NCBI RefSeq assembly: GCF_900199515.1
Contig: NZ_LT963434.1
Coordinates: 204,057 to 236,056 of the forward strand
Direction: 5' to 3'
From: Massilicoli timonensis
GTDB lineage: Bacteria; Bacillota_I; Bacilli_A; Erysipelotrichales; Erysipelotrichaceae
DNA length: 32,000 bases
Of the stretch, positions 22,954 to 31,888 are shown piece by piece. The notes beneath the pieces are model-generated. The model was not told where the DNA came from. It did not search any database and was given only the letters and a program-made list of their open reading frames with translations. The translations under genes were made by a program, and so were the position numbers. Each line of letters starts with the position of its first letter. Position 1 is the stretch's first letter.

Positions 22954-22994
22954 GAAAAAATGATCCTGTTTCATAACGGAATAGAGGATCTTTT
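22954..22994 (-). terminator. Terminator downstream of aroD
   Basis: GATCCT (22961-22966) pairs with AGGATC (22984-22989), flanked by an A-run on the left and a T-run on the right. Confidence 0.5.
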
Positions 22995-23044
22995 ATAAAA
23001 ACATGCGTGCTGAATAAATCAGCGATATATTACGACAATCTTTA

Positions 23045-23848
23045 TCATTCTTCCTTTAATTGTGCTGCAATACTGTGAAAAAAGGATAAATATCGGCACA
23101 TTTGTGAAATCGGGATCTGTCCGGGCGCACTGCTGTGATCAATGCTCGCAAAAGTAACTGCTGATCCCAAAAATTCAGCACAGACACGGGTTATTTTACC
23201 CAATTCCCCCATTGCGATCGCAATCAGTGGTTTATGATATCGTTGATGCGCTTCCCTTGCTGCCAGCATCAGCTGGATCACATCTTCCTCTGTCTGCGGC
23301 ATGACGGCAATCTTCAATAGATCCGCATTTAAGGACACCATCTGATCAAAATATCGTAACAATATTGCCGGCGGCGGTGTTTGTTGAAAATTATGATAGG
23401 ATAAAATGACTTTTCTGTTATTTTCATGCGCAAGCGTCAGTAATTGATCGACAGCCTTTTCTCCCATAGACAACTCCACATCGATCAAATCGATTAAATC
23501 GCTCTTGATCAAATGTTCATAAAGTTCTATGTATTGTGCTGTTTCACATGCTTTGTTGCCGCCTTCTTTTCGCGTACGAAAGGTCGCAAGCAGCTGCTGT
23601 TCATGTAAAATTTCCCGCAGTTTTTTTAAGAAAGCGAGCATTTTCGGAAAACAAAAACAGTCATCATAGCAATCCAAGCGCCATTCGACCATGGCAACCT
23701 TTGCTTCTCTGCATTTTTCTGCTTCTGCTAAGATCCGCTCTGGCGAAGACCCGGTAAGCGGTACACAGATAAGCGGTTCTTTTATCTCGCTTTGCTTCTC
23801 TTTCATCATCATTTTTTCCATATGATCGCCTACCCTTCTTTCTTTCAT
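23045..23848 (-). CDS. aroD: Type I 3-dehydroquinate dehydratase
   Basis: The PLICVPLTGSS...MVEWRLDCY N-terminal pattern and the length are typical of AroD. The start is uncertain between ATG 23848 and ATG 23821. Confidence 0.85.
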   Translation of the reverse strand: MKERRVGDHMEKMMMKEKQSEIKEPLICVPLTGSSPERILAEAEKCREAKVAMVEWRLDCYDDCFCFPKMLAFLKKLREILHEQQLLATFRTRKEGGNKACETAQYIELYEHLIKSDLIDLIDVELSMGEKAVDQLLTLAHENNRKVILSYHNFQQTPPPAILLRYFDQMVSLNADLLKIAVMPQTEEDVIQLMLAAREAHQRYHKPLIAIAMGELGKITRVCAEFLGSAVTFASIDHSSAPGQIPISQMCRYLSFFHSIAAQLKEE

Positions 23849-23974
23849 CGATCATTCACACATTGTGTTTTGATAAGGAAAGCTTTACTGTCTATCATTT
23901 TATATCATGTTCGCGTATTGAAATCAATAGCGTTTTATTGTATCCTATAAGCAATAGAAACGAGGGTGATAGAT

Positions 23975-25231
23975 ATGCAGTATGGACTGATCGGCGGGGC
24001 GCTGGGACACAGCTTCTCTAAAGAGATTCACGAACAGATCGCTTCTTATACCTATGATTTGATGCCATTAACGGAAAGTGCATTTCATACGTTCATGGAA
24101 AAACGGGATTTCAAGGCAATCAATGTGACAATTCCTTATAAAAAGGCCGTCATTCCCTATTTAGATGAGATAGAGGAAGCAGCTGAAATGATCGGCGCGG
24201 TCAATACGATCGTAAATCGCAATGGAAAACTGATCGGCTATAACACCGATTATTATGGATTTGCTTATATGGTGAAAAAATATCGGGTATCGATGCAAAA
24301 CAAGAAAGTGTTGGTCATCGGTAACGGCGGTGCTTCTTTGGCCATCCAGGCAGTCGTAAAAAAAGCGCAGCCTAAAGAATTGGTCATCGTTGATGTCGCT
24401 AGGAGCAAAGATGCGGTAGACTATGAGGAGGTCTATCACAAACATTTAGATGCGGAGATCGTAATCAATACTTCTCCGGTCGGGATGTATCCGAAAAACG
24501 ATGCTGCTCCGATCGATCTGCGTTTGTTTCACTGCTGTGAAGCAGTATTGGATGTCGTTTATAATCCCATCACCACAAAGCTTTGCTACACCGCCAAACA
24601 GTTGGGCCTGATCCATGCCAATGGCTTGGAAATGCTGATTGCACAAGCGAAATATGCAGTAGAACACTTTTTACATCAAAAGATCGATGATCAGATCATC
24701 GAAACGATTTATCAAAAGCTGCTGCGCGATAAAATCAATATTGTTTTGATCGGTATGCCAAGCGCCGGGAAAACGACGATCGGAAGACTGCTGGCAAAAC
24801 AAATGCAGAAGCCTTTTATCGACATGGATGAAAGGATCGTTGCACAAGCCGGAAAATCGATCCCACAGATCTTCGCAGAGCATGGTGAGCGCGGTTTTCG
24901 TGCCTATGAAACACAGATCGCCATGCAGTTGGCAAAACAGGAAAACAGCGTGATCGCCTGTGGCGGCGGCATTGTGAAGTACGATGTCAATATGGAAATG
25001 CTGGGACAAAACAGCATTGTCATTTATTTGGAGCGTGATCCTGCAAATCTATCCAGCAATGACCCTACCCGGCCGCTCTCAAGCAGCAAAGAAGCGGTGG
25101 AAAAGATGTATCGCGAGCGTCTGCCGCTTTATCTTCAATACAGTGATATCACGGTCAAAAACGCCGAAGAACCGGCAGTTGTTGCAGAAAACTGTGTGCA
25201 GCAGATCGATGCTTATATCGCAAAGAGATAG
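23975..25231 (+). CDS. Bifunctional shikimate dehydrogenase / shikimate kinase (AroE-AroK fusion)
   Basis: The N-terminal half is AroE-like (GLIGGALGHSFSKEIH, NVTIPYK, VIGNGGAS). The C-terminal half is AroK-like (NIVLIGMPSAGKTTIGRLLA..FIDMD). I prefer the ATG at 23975 with a GAGGGTG SD over the GTG at 23966. Confidence 0.9.
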   Translation: MQYGLIGGALGHSFSKEIHEQIASYTYDLMPLTESAFHTFMEKRDFKAINVTIPYKKAVIPYLDEIEEAAEMIGAVNTIVNRNGKLIGYNTDYYGFAYMVKKYRVSMQNKKVLVIGNGGASLAIQAVVKKAQPKELVIVDVARSKDAVDYEEVYHKHLDAEIVINTSPVGMYPKNDAAPIDLRLFHCCEAVLDVVYNPITTKLCYTAKQLGLIHANGLEMLIAQAKYAVEHFLHQKIDDQIIETIYQKLLRDKINIVLIGMPSAGKTTIGRLLAKQMQKPFIDMDERIVAQAGKSIPQIFAEHGERGFRAYETQIAMQLAKQENSVIACGGGIVKYDVNMEMLGQNSIVIYLERDPANLSSNDPTRPLSSSKEAVEKMYRERLPLYLQYSDITVKNAEEPAVVAENCVQQIDAYIAKR

Positions 25232-25252
25232 CTTTTTCTCTTTGCTTTTTTT
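25221..25252 (+). terminator. Terminator of the aroE-aroK gene
   Basis: CAAAGAGA (25221-25228) pairs with TCTCTTTG (25237-25244), with the stop codon in the loop, followed by a T-run at 25246-25252. Confidence 0.75.
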
Positions 25253-25301
25253 GTCAGCTCTTTCTTCTAAAAGTACGCATATGCTTATGGATGGCTGATC
25301 A

Positions 25302-25338
25302 TAAGAAAAGGAAGATATCCTAAAAAAGACTATCTTCC
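25302..25338 (-). terminator. Terminator downstream of gpsA
   Basis: GGAAGATA (25310-25317) pairs with TATCTTCC (25331-25338). The minus strand continues TTTTCTT. Confidence 0.65.
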
Positions 25339-25363
25339 CTGCTAAACACAAATATCTTTTTGT

Positions 25364-26374
25364 TTATATTGAATGATAAGGGTGTTCTTCCTTTAATTCC
25401 CGATGCATCAGATCATAGGCGCTTTGGCGCGGTTCTTTGCCATGATACAGCACCTGATAAACCTCTTCGATGATCGGCATTTCAATGCCTTTTTCTTTTG
25501 CCAGATCGTGAATGACCTGAGCGGTACGCACCCCTTCGACGGTTTTGGTATTGTTTTCCCAAAAGGCTTTGGCATCATTGGAACGGCCGATTTCATATCC
25601 TGCCTGAAAATTGCGGGAATGGACGCTGGTACAGGTAACGATCAAATCCCCGATACCGGTCAATCCCATAAAGGTTTCGAGTTTTCCGCCCATCGCCGTA
25701 CCAAAACGGATCATCTCTGCCAAACCACGCGTGATCAATGCCGCTTTGGTATTGTCGCCGTATCCGATTCCGCTTAATACACCGCTTGCCACCGCAATCG
25801 CATTCTTCAGTGCAACCCCGATTTCACTGCCGATCTCATCTTTGCCGCGATATACGCGCAGATAGGCATTTGAGAAGGTATTTTGCACCGTAATGGCATC
25901 TGCTTCATTTAAGGAAACCGCACAGATCGTTGTCAGCATACGGATGACGACTTCTTCGGCATGACTTGGTCCGATCAAAGATACGACACTGCTTAAATAC
26001 TGCTCCGGAATCACACTGCGAATGACATTCGACATGCGTTCGTTGGTGACCGGGTGAAAGCCTTTGCTGGTATTGACGATAATGACTTTATGATCCAGAT
26101 AAGGCAGCAGATCCCGACATACCGATTCGATTGCGATCGTAGGAACAGATAAAACGATCATATCCGCATCTTTTACGACATCGATCGTCGTACTGACTTT
26201 GATGGCCGGATTCAGATCGACATTAGGGAAAAACTTTTCATTGCGATGGTTTTCAGCAATATCCTGTAATTCTTCCGCACAGTTGCCGTAAATGGTAACA
26301 TCCACATGATTATCGGCAAGCACTTGGGCAAGTCCGCTTCCCCAACTGCCACTTCCGATTACGACAGTTTTCAT
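25364..26374 (-). CDS. gpsA: NAD(P)H-dependent glycerol-3-phosphate dehydrogenase
   Basis: MKTVVIGSGSWGSGLAQVLA is a Rossmann-type N-terminus. The ATG at 26374 has an AGAGGT SD. The 393-aa ORF-track form would overlap der. Confidence 0.95.
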   Translation of the reverse strand: MKTVVIGSGSWGSGLAQVLADNHVDVTIYGNCAEELQDIAENHRNEKFFPNVDLNPAIKVSTTIDVVKDADMIVLSVPTIAIESVCRDLLPYLDHKVIIVNTSKGFHPVTNERMSNVIRSVIPEQYLSSVVSLIGPSHAEEVVIRMLTTICAVSLNEADAITVQNTFSNAYLRVYRGKDEIGSEIGVALKNAIAVASGVLSGIGYGDNTKAALITRGLAEMIRFGTAMGGKLETFMGLTGIGDLIVTCTSVHSRNFQAGYEIGRSNDAKAFWENNTKTVEGVRTAQVIHDLAKEKGIEMPIIEEVYQVLYHGKEPRQSAYDLMHRELKEEHPYHSI

Positions 26375-26384
26375 AAGATTACCT

Positions 26385-27692
26385 CTACTTTCTTTCACGG
26401 GCGAGAATGCGAATGGTCGTTCCTTCAAAGCCAAACGCTTCACGCAATGTATTTTCAATAAAACGCTTATAACTGAAATGCAGCAATTCCGGATCATTGA
26501 CAAACAGCACGATCGTCGGTGGTGCAGTAGCAACTTGTGAAGCATAATAGATCTTTAATTGTTTGCCATTGCGGGTCGGAGGAGGTGTCATCAGCTGTGC
26601 ATCCATGATCACTTCATTCAATACATTTGTCTGAATGCGCAGCAAAGATGCGTCATGCACTGCGTCGATCAGCGGTAAAAGCGTTTGGACGCGCGCTTTG
26701 GTAAGCGCCGAAACAAAAGCGATCGGCGCATAACTGAGATAAATAAATTCCTGACGCAGCTTCTTCTCTATTTGATGCATCGTATGCTCATCTTTTTCAA
26801 CAGCATCCCATTTATTGTAAACAAGGATAATGCCCTTCCCTGCTTCATGCGCATATCCGGCAACATGCTTGTCCTGCTCACGTACGCCGCTTTCGCCATC
26901 GATCACGACCAAGACAACATCACTGCGCTCAATCGCGCTCATTGCCCGCAATACTGAGTATTTTTCAATGTTTTCATACACCTTGCCGCGCTTTCTGATA
27001 CCGGCGGTATCAATGACGACATAATCCTTCCCATCACTTTGAAACGGTGTATCGATCGCATCGCGGGTCGTTCCTTCAACATCGCTCACAATGACCCGTT
27101 CTTGCTTTAAGATCGCATTGACAAGTGAGCTTTTACCGACATTCGGACGACCGATCAGACAAAACTTCGTCATTCCTTCATATTCATCTGTTTCTTTCTC
27201 AGGGAAATGCGCAACGAGTGCATCCAACGCATCACCGATACCGATACCATGACTGCCGCTCATTGCAATCGGATCACCTAAGCCTAATGCATAAAATTCA
27301 TAGATCGCATCTTGTAAATGCAGATCATCGATCTTATTGACACCGAGAACGACCGGTTTTTTTGCTTTTTGCAGCAATCTGGCGATTGCTTGATCCTCCG
27401 TGGTCAAACCTTCACGTCCATTTACCAGAAATAAGATCGCATCCGCTTCTGCAATCGCAATTTCTACCTGAACGCGGATTTCCTCGCTAAAAGGCTGCTG
27501 TTCCAACTGGATCCCGCCGGTATCGATCAGACGAAATTCTTTGGTCAGCCACTCTCCCTTTCCATAAATACGATCTCTGGTAACGCCGGGCTGATCTTCG
27601 ACAATACTCTTTCGCTCACCGATCATACGATTAAATATTGTCGATTTACCAACATTCGGACGTCCAACGATCGCAACCGTACCATGAATCAT
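26385..27692 (-). CDS. der: Ribosome-associated GTPase Der (EngA)
   Basis: Two tandem GTPase domains (GRPNVGKST and [10 protein letters not shown]-loops) are followed by a KH-like C-terminus. Confidence 0.95.
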   Translation of the reverse strand: MIHGTVAIVGRPNVGKSTIFNRMIGERKSIVEDQPGVTRDRIYGKGEWLTKEFRLIDTGGIQLEQQPFSEEIRVQVEIAIAEADAILFLVNGREGLTTEDQAIARLLQKAKKPVVLGVNKIDDLHLQDAIYEFYALGLGDPIAMSGSHGIGIGDALDALVAHFPEKETDEYEGMTKFCLIGRPNVGKSSLVNAILKQERVIVSDVEGTTRDAIDTPFQSDGKDYVVIDTAGIRKRGKVYENIEKYSVLRAMSAIERSDVVLVVIDGESGVREQDKHVAGYAHEAGKGIILVYNKWDAVEKDEHTMHQIEKKLRQEFIYLSYAPIAFVSALTKARVQTLLPLIDAVHDASLLRIQTNVLNEVIMDAQLMTPPPTRNGKQLKIYYASQVATAPPTIVLFVNDPELLHFSYKRFIENTLREAFGFEGTTIRILARERK

Positions 27693-27693
27693 A

Positions 27694-28359
27694 TTAGTTC
27701 CACAGTCCTTTCTCTTTCAATATCTGCATGATCGCCGCTACGACTTCTTCTATGTTCAGTGCAGAAGTATCAAGCTCGATCGCATCATCTGCCTTTTTTA
27801 ATGGCGATGCACTACGATGACTGTCCTGATAATCACGCTTTTCGATGTCATCATAGACGTCTTTATAAGACATGGAAATGCCTTTTTCCACATATTCTTT
27901 ATAACGGCGATCCGCTCTCGCTTTCACGGAAGCGACCATAAAGATCTTGACCGCCGCATCGGGCAGCACGACTGTACCGATATCACGTCCATCTAATATG
28001 TATCCTTGTCCCGCAGCGATCTTTTGCTGCAATGCGACAAGATTTCTACGCACCTGTGGATAAGCGCTCACTTTGCTTGCCAGCATGCTGATCTCATTGC
28101 TTCTGATTGCCATACTGACATCTTCACCATTCAGCAAAACATTCCCGGACGCATCAAAATCGATCTTCGTATGTCCCAAGACCTTTGCTACTGCATCTCC
28201 ATCTTCTAAATCGATCTTGCAGCGCTGTGCCGCAAGCGCACAACAGCGATACATCGCTCCTGTATCGAGATGAGCAAAGCCCAGTGTTTTCGCCAGGATC
28301 TTGGCAATCGTGCTCTTTCCGGCAGCACTAGGCCCGTCGATCGCAATATTAAAGCGCAT
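27694..28359 (-). CDS. cmk: Cytidylate kinase
   Basis: [16 protein letters not shown] is the P-loop. The protein is 221 aa, and the cmk-der-gpsA order is conserved. Confidence 0.95.
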   Translation of the reverse strand: MRFNIAIDGPSAAGKSTIAKILAKTLGFAHLDTGAMYRCCALAAQRCKIDLEDGDAVAKVLGHTKIDFDASGNVLLNGEDVSMAIRSNEISMLASKVSAYPQVRRNLVALQQKIAAGQGYILDGRDIGTVVLPDAAVKIFMVASVKARADRRYKEYVEKGISMSYKDVYDDIEKRDYQDSHRSASPLKKADDAIELDTSALNIEEVVAAIMQILKEKGLWN

Positions 28360-29188
28360 TTATGACACCTCCCGATTGTAAGATATAGTAAACGACAAAT
28401 CCGATCGCGGCAATCAGACAGACGATCAAAAGGCATAAGATGATATTCAGCATCCGATGCGTACGATCCAAACCATCGTTTAGATCGGTCAATTCTTCCT
28501 CATAACTGTCTAACTGAAGCTTCATTTTTTGTGTTTGTTCTACCAGCTTCGATACATCATCACTTGCCATCGTTTCCTGCGGCAGCACGCTTCCTAGCTC
28601 CATCGTCGCTTCCGACTTCTCTTGCGATGATTCTTCCTTGGCAAAAGCCTCTTCCATCGGCACTGCTTTTACTTCATAAGCCGTCTTTTCTTCTTGTACC
28701 TGCCCGCTTATGCTTTCTTCTTCCAGCGGCGTCTCATCCTGCAACAGCTCCTGTACCTGCTTGGCAATCTCCTCTTTGCTTAAAGAAGCTGTCGTATCTT
28801 CCAATCCAAACGTCAATTCCTCACTTTCCAACGGGGAAATATATTGACTTCTTTTGGGAGCAGAACCCTTTAATTGTGATAAAATATCCATCTGCGTATC
28901 ATCTTCCAAACGGTTGCCTTTCTTCAGATTATACTCTCGCACTTCATTGATAAATTCATCTAAAAACTCATTCTTGAACTGAAACGTATCCGTATGTTCC
29001 TCAAACTGTTCCATCTGTTCGCGTTTTGGCAAAGTATCCTCGATCTTGACCTTTTTATAATGCGCCGGTTCTATTGTATGCAGCGTTTCCATCGACGTTT
29101 CTTTTTCCAGATCCATCTCTGTTTCCGCATTTTCCTCAATTTGTTTTCTCAGGTCTTCATATTTCTTTACGCGAGATAATTTTTCCAT
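28349..29188 (-). CDS. Highly acidic tail-anchored membrane protein of unknown function
   Basis: The 279-aa protein is rich in Glu, Asp and Gln and has a single C-terminal TM segment (MLNIILCLLIVCLIAAIGFVVYYIL). An AGGAGG SD lies 8 nt upstream. Its 3' end overlaps the cmk start by 11 nt. Confidence 0.6.
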   Translation of the reverse strand: MEKLSRVKKYEDLRKQIEENAETEMDLEKETSMETLHTIEPAHYKKVKIEDTLPKREQMEQFEEHTDTFQFKNEFLDEFINEVREYNLKKGNRLEDDTQMDILSQLKGSAPKRSQYISPLESEELTFGLEDTTASLSKEEIAKQVQELLQDETPLEEESISGQVQEEKTAYEVKAVPMEEAFAKEESSQEKSEATMELGSVLPQETMASDDVSKLVEQTQKMKLQLDSYEEELTDLNDGLDRTHRMLNIILCLLIVCLIAAIGFVVYYILQSGGVINAL

Positions 29189-29299
29189 AAAAAAAACCTC
29201 CTATATCCGTTTCTTATTATACCAAATAACCGCTTATTTGAATACAAAAAGCGTAAACTTTACTTAATTATCACACAAATTCCAAATTTCCGATTCCAT

Positions 29300-29324
29300 A
29301 TAAAAAGCGGCAAACCTTGCCGCT
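29300..29324 (-). terminator. Terminator downstream of efp
   Basis: AGCGGCA (29306-29312) pairs with TGCCGCT (29318-29324). The plus-strand A-run at 29302-29306 gives the T-tail on the minus strand. Confidence 0.75.
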
Positions 29325-29332
29325 ATCAGAAA

Positions 29333-29890
29333 TTAAGCACGACCGGCATATTTGCCGTCAGCTGTTGAGATCATTACCATTTCTTCATTTTCGATAAACA
29401 GCGGAACACGGATTTCCAAGCCGGTTTCCACTTTCGCATTCTTTGTCGCGTTGGTTGCCGTATCACCTTTTACCGCCGGTTCGCATTCCACGATCTGCAA
29501 CGCTACCTTATCCGGTAAAATAACACCTAGGAATTCCCCTTCAAACATCGTCACATTGACATTGTCATTCGGTTTCATAAACTTCATTTCCCATGTCAAT
29601 GCTTCTTTGTTGATTTCAATCTGTTCATACGTTTCATTGTCCATGAATACCAGTGCATCATCAGTATCGTAAAGATACTGCATTTCCTTTTTGTCGATAT
29701 GTGCCGGAGCGATTTTATCCCCACCGCCAAATGACAATTCGATGTTGGATCCGGTTCTCAGATTTCTGACTTTTGCCTTTACTACCATTGCCGAACGGGC
29801 TGTTTTATTTTGGCTTTGTTCCAATACCACATAGATGTTGCCATCGACCTGAATGGTCATGCCCGGTTTCAAATCATTTGAACTAATCAT
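29333..29890 (-). CDS. efp: Elongation factor P
   Basis: The 185-aa protein has the typical EF-P N-terminus MISSNDLKPGMTIQVDGNIYVVLE..KTARSAMVVKAKVRNLRTG. Confidence 0.95.
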   Translation of the reverse strand: MISSNDLKPGMTIQVDGNIYVVLEQSQNKTARSAMVVKAKVRNLRTGSNIELSFGGGDKIAPAHIDKKEMQYLYDTDDALVFMDNETYEQIEINKEALTWEMKFMKPNDNVNVTMFEGEFLGVILPDKVALQIVECEPAVKGDTATNATKNAKVETGLEIRVPLFIENEEMVMISTADGKYAGRA

Positions 29891-29958
29891 ATTTTTCTCA
29901 CCTTTCTCTAATCTATAACCTCTTATATTTTACCGTTTTTCTATTATTTGTCAATAAC

Positions 29959-30291
29959 TTAGAAAAGGGAGCGAAACCGCATGCCGCATGCATAGTTGAT
30001 ATAAGCCAAAAAAGCGGAAAGATAGACATATGCAAGCATATCGAGGGAAAGCGGAATTGCTAAAAGAATACACCATCCTCCCATGATAAAAAGTAATAGG
30101 CATACGATCAGAAAGTCCTCTGCCTTTAATGCGATGCACGAGCTCGGATACTTTTTGAAATGCAGCAGCGCTGAACAAAGCGCATAGACCGCAATGAGAG
30201 AAAAGGCAGATGCCTCAAGAAATTGACAGAGATAGCCTGCTCCAATCATCAAAGCAAAGATACCGACCGACACAATCGTTAAATTCCACAT
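29959..30291 (-). CDS. Small polytopic membrane protein trailing the comG operon
   Basis: Three to four hydrophobic segments are present (MWNLTIVSVGIFALMIGAGYL...). The start is taken at the ATG at 30291. I recognise no confident family. It could be a degenerate fragment resembling a prepilin peptidase. Confidence 0.4.
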   Translation of the reverse strand: MWNLTIVSVGIFALMIGAGYLCQFLEASAFSLIAVYALCSALLHFKKYPSSCIALKAEDFLIVCLLLFIMGGWCILLAIPLSLDMLAYVYLSAFLAYINYACGMRFRSLF

Positions 30292-30305
30292 TTTTATCAC
30301 CGCTT

Positions 30306-30749
30306 TTAGTATGGGCAGCCATCTTCGATATATGACACATCCATGACACAATCACTCAGATCGTCATACTGGAGCCGGAAACAGAGCAGCTTGCCGTTGA
30401 TTTGAAAACTTGCATAGGCAGTAATATCATCATAATGCAGCGTTACTTCTTCTCCTTCGACGGTAATGCTCTCATCTTCTTCTTCATATTCCGCAAGCGC
30501 ATGCTTGATATAGTGAATCAGATACCACTCGATCTTCTGCTTTTTATTCTCGGCCAAGCGATATTGAAGCAGTTGTGTGCCATCGTGGTAAGCAAAAGAT
30601 AGCGTCAATACCAATAGCTGCATGCACATGAGCATCATAACGGAAAAAAAGCCGCTACGCCGGGCAGTAAAGCATCCCTTGATAGTCTTCCTTCTCTCTT
30701 TTCCATGAAAGCCAAACACATCCATCCTCCTCATAAAAATAAGCGTCAT
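30306..30749 (-). CDS. comGG: ComGG-like minor pseudopilin (start uncertain)
   Basis: Its position is last in the comG operon. It has a hydrophobic N-terminal segment (SGFFSVMMLMCMQLLVLTLSF). The maximal ORF is given here; an internal ATG at 30638 would give 110 aa but would drop the GFF segment. Confidence 0.45.
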   Translation of the reverse strand: MTLIFMRRMDVFGFHGKERRKTIKGCFTARRSGFFSVMMLMCMQLLVLTLSFAYHDGTQLLQYRLAENKKQKIEWYLIHYIKHALAEYEEEDESITVEGEEVTLHYDDITAYASFQINGKLLCFRLQYDDLSDCVMDVSYIEDGCPY

Positions 30750-31065
30750 CCAATTCCATCATCATGATTTCATTGCCGATCTGATGAACGATCTGATCTT
30801 TTTTGATCCGCAATGCACCCTCCTCATCATGATACAGGAACTGCAGCACCTGTTTCTCCCAAGTGATATCTTCTGCCTGTGCAAGCAAACGCCGCATCTG
30901 CCAAAGCGCCATTTCATCACTGAGCAGCATGCTTGCTTTCGTTCCATAGCGTAATACTGACATGCTTTTGGCGAGCACCAGCGCACATAATGAAACAATG
31001 AGCAATGCTAAGATCATTTCACTCATCGTAAAGGCCGAGCGCTTCATACATCTTTTGTAAATCAC
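30655..31065 (-). CDS. comGF: ComGF-like pseudopilin
   Basis: It has a prepilin-type N-terminus (KRSAFTMSEMILALLIVSLCALVLA) with Ala in place of Gly at -1, and it sits in the comG operon. Confidence 0.65.
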   Translation of the reverse strand: MIYKRCMKRSAFTMSEMILALLIVSLCALVLAKSMSVLRYGTKASMLLSDEMALWQMRRLLAQAEDITWEKQVLQFLYHDEEGALRIKKDQIVHQIGNEIMMMELDDAYFYEEDGCVWLSWKREKEDYQGMLYCPA

Positions 31066-31216
31066 GTGCTGTTTCCTCCTGCTTTTGATTCCATTCGCTA
31101 TGGATATCGATCCTTTTTAAGCGTACGATCGACAGTGCAAGCATTGACGCCAGCGAAACGATCATCAATGCACACAAAGTATCGATCAAAAGAAAACCGT
31201 CTTTATCGTACGACAC
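31019..31216 (-). CDS. comGE: ComGE-like small pseudopilin (GTG start)
   Basis: From the GTG at 31216 the frame reads MSYDKDGFLLIDTLCALMIVSLASMLALSIV..., which has a prepilin-like leader and hydrophobic helix. It overlaps the comGD stop by 14 nt. The longer 124-aa ORF-track form lies inside comGD. Confidence 0.5.
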   Translation of the reverse strand: MSYDKDGFLLIDTLCALMIVSLASMLALSIVRLKRIDIHSEWNQKQEETARDLQKMYEALGLYDE

Positions 31217-31598
31217 TGCGACCACTTCCCAACTGAAATACAAGTGTTCCCTGTTCATTTTCATTTGCGCAGCGCAGTGTACCGGCCTTAGAAATGTTAC
31301 CGGCCGCATTATAAGCAAACGCGTACGGTTCACAGGTGATTCCGCTTGGATAAAAAACACTTTCTTGATCGAATAAAGCATGATCATTTTCAAAGCGAAT
31401 CGTGCGGCGTTGTCCTGCCTGCATCGCTGAAAACTGCTGTTCCTCGCAGTACAGCTTCATCTGCCGCAAGAATAACTGCAAAGAAAACGCAGTTGCTTTC
31501 TTTCCGACAAACATACCATACATCATCACACACAGCGCCACCACGAAGAGTGTTTCTATCAAAGTGAAGCCTTCTCTATTTTTCTTTTGCCTGTCCAT
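31203..31598 (-). CDS. comGD: ComGD-like pseudopilin
   Basis: MDRQKKNREGFTLIETLFVVALCVMMYGMF carries the canonical G/FTLIE prepilin cleavage and methylation motif. Confidence 0.75.
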   Translation of the reverse strand: MDRQKKNREGFTLIETLFVVALCVMMYGMFVGKKATAFSLQLFLRQMKLYCEEQQFSAMQAGQRRTIRFENDHALFDQESVFYPSGITCEPYAFAYNAAGNISKAGTLRCANENEQGTLVFQLGSGRSVVR

Positions 31599-31875
31599 TC
31601 ACGATCACGATTTCCTTTCCGCCTTGACAAATATTCTGTCCTTCTTTCAAATACCCTTCATTGATCAATTCACTGATCGAGGACGGTGTACGGTTATGAT
31701 CTAATTCAAATAATAAAATCTGACTGTTCACCACTTCCACCAAAGCCTGACAGCCTTTTGTCTGGATCGTTTTTTGTTTCTGCTGGATATTAGGCAAAGT
31801 TAAAAGAAAAATCAAAGCGATGACTGATAAGACGATGATCATCTCTAAAATCGTAAAACCTGCACGTTGTTTCAT
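31576..31875 (-). CDS. comGC: Major competence pseudopilin ComGC
   Basis: MKQRAGFTILEMIIVLSVIALIFLLTLPN carries the prepilin motif. The protein is 99 aa and a GGAGGG SD is present. Confidence 0.85.
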   Translation of the reverse strand: MKQRAGFTILEMIIVLSVIALIFLLTLPNIQQKQKTIQTKGCQALVEVVNSQILLFELDHNRTPSSISELINEGYLKEGQNICQGGKEIVIVNGQAKEK

Positions 31876-31888
31876 CGTTTCCCTCCTG

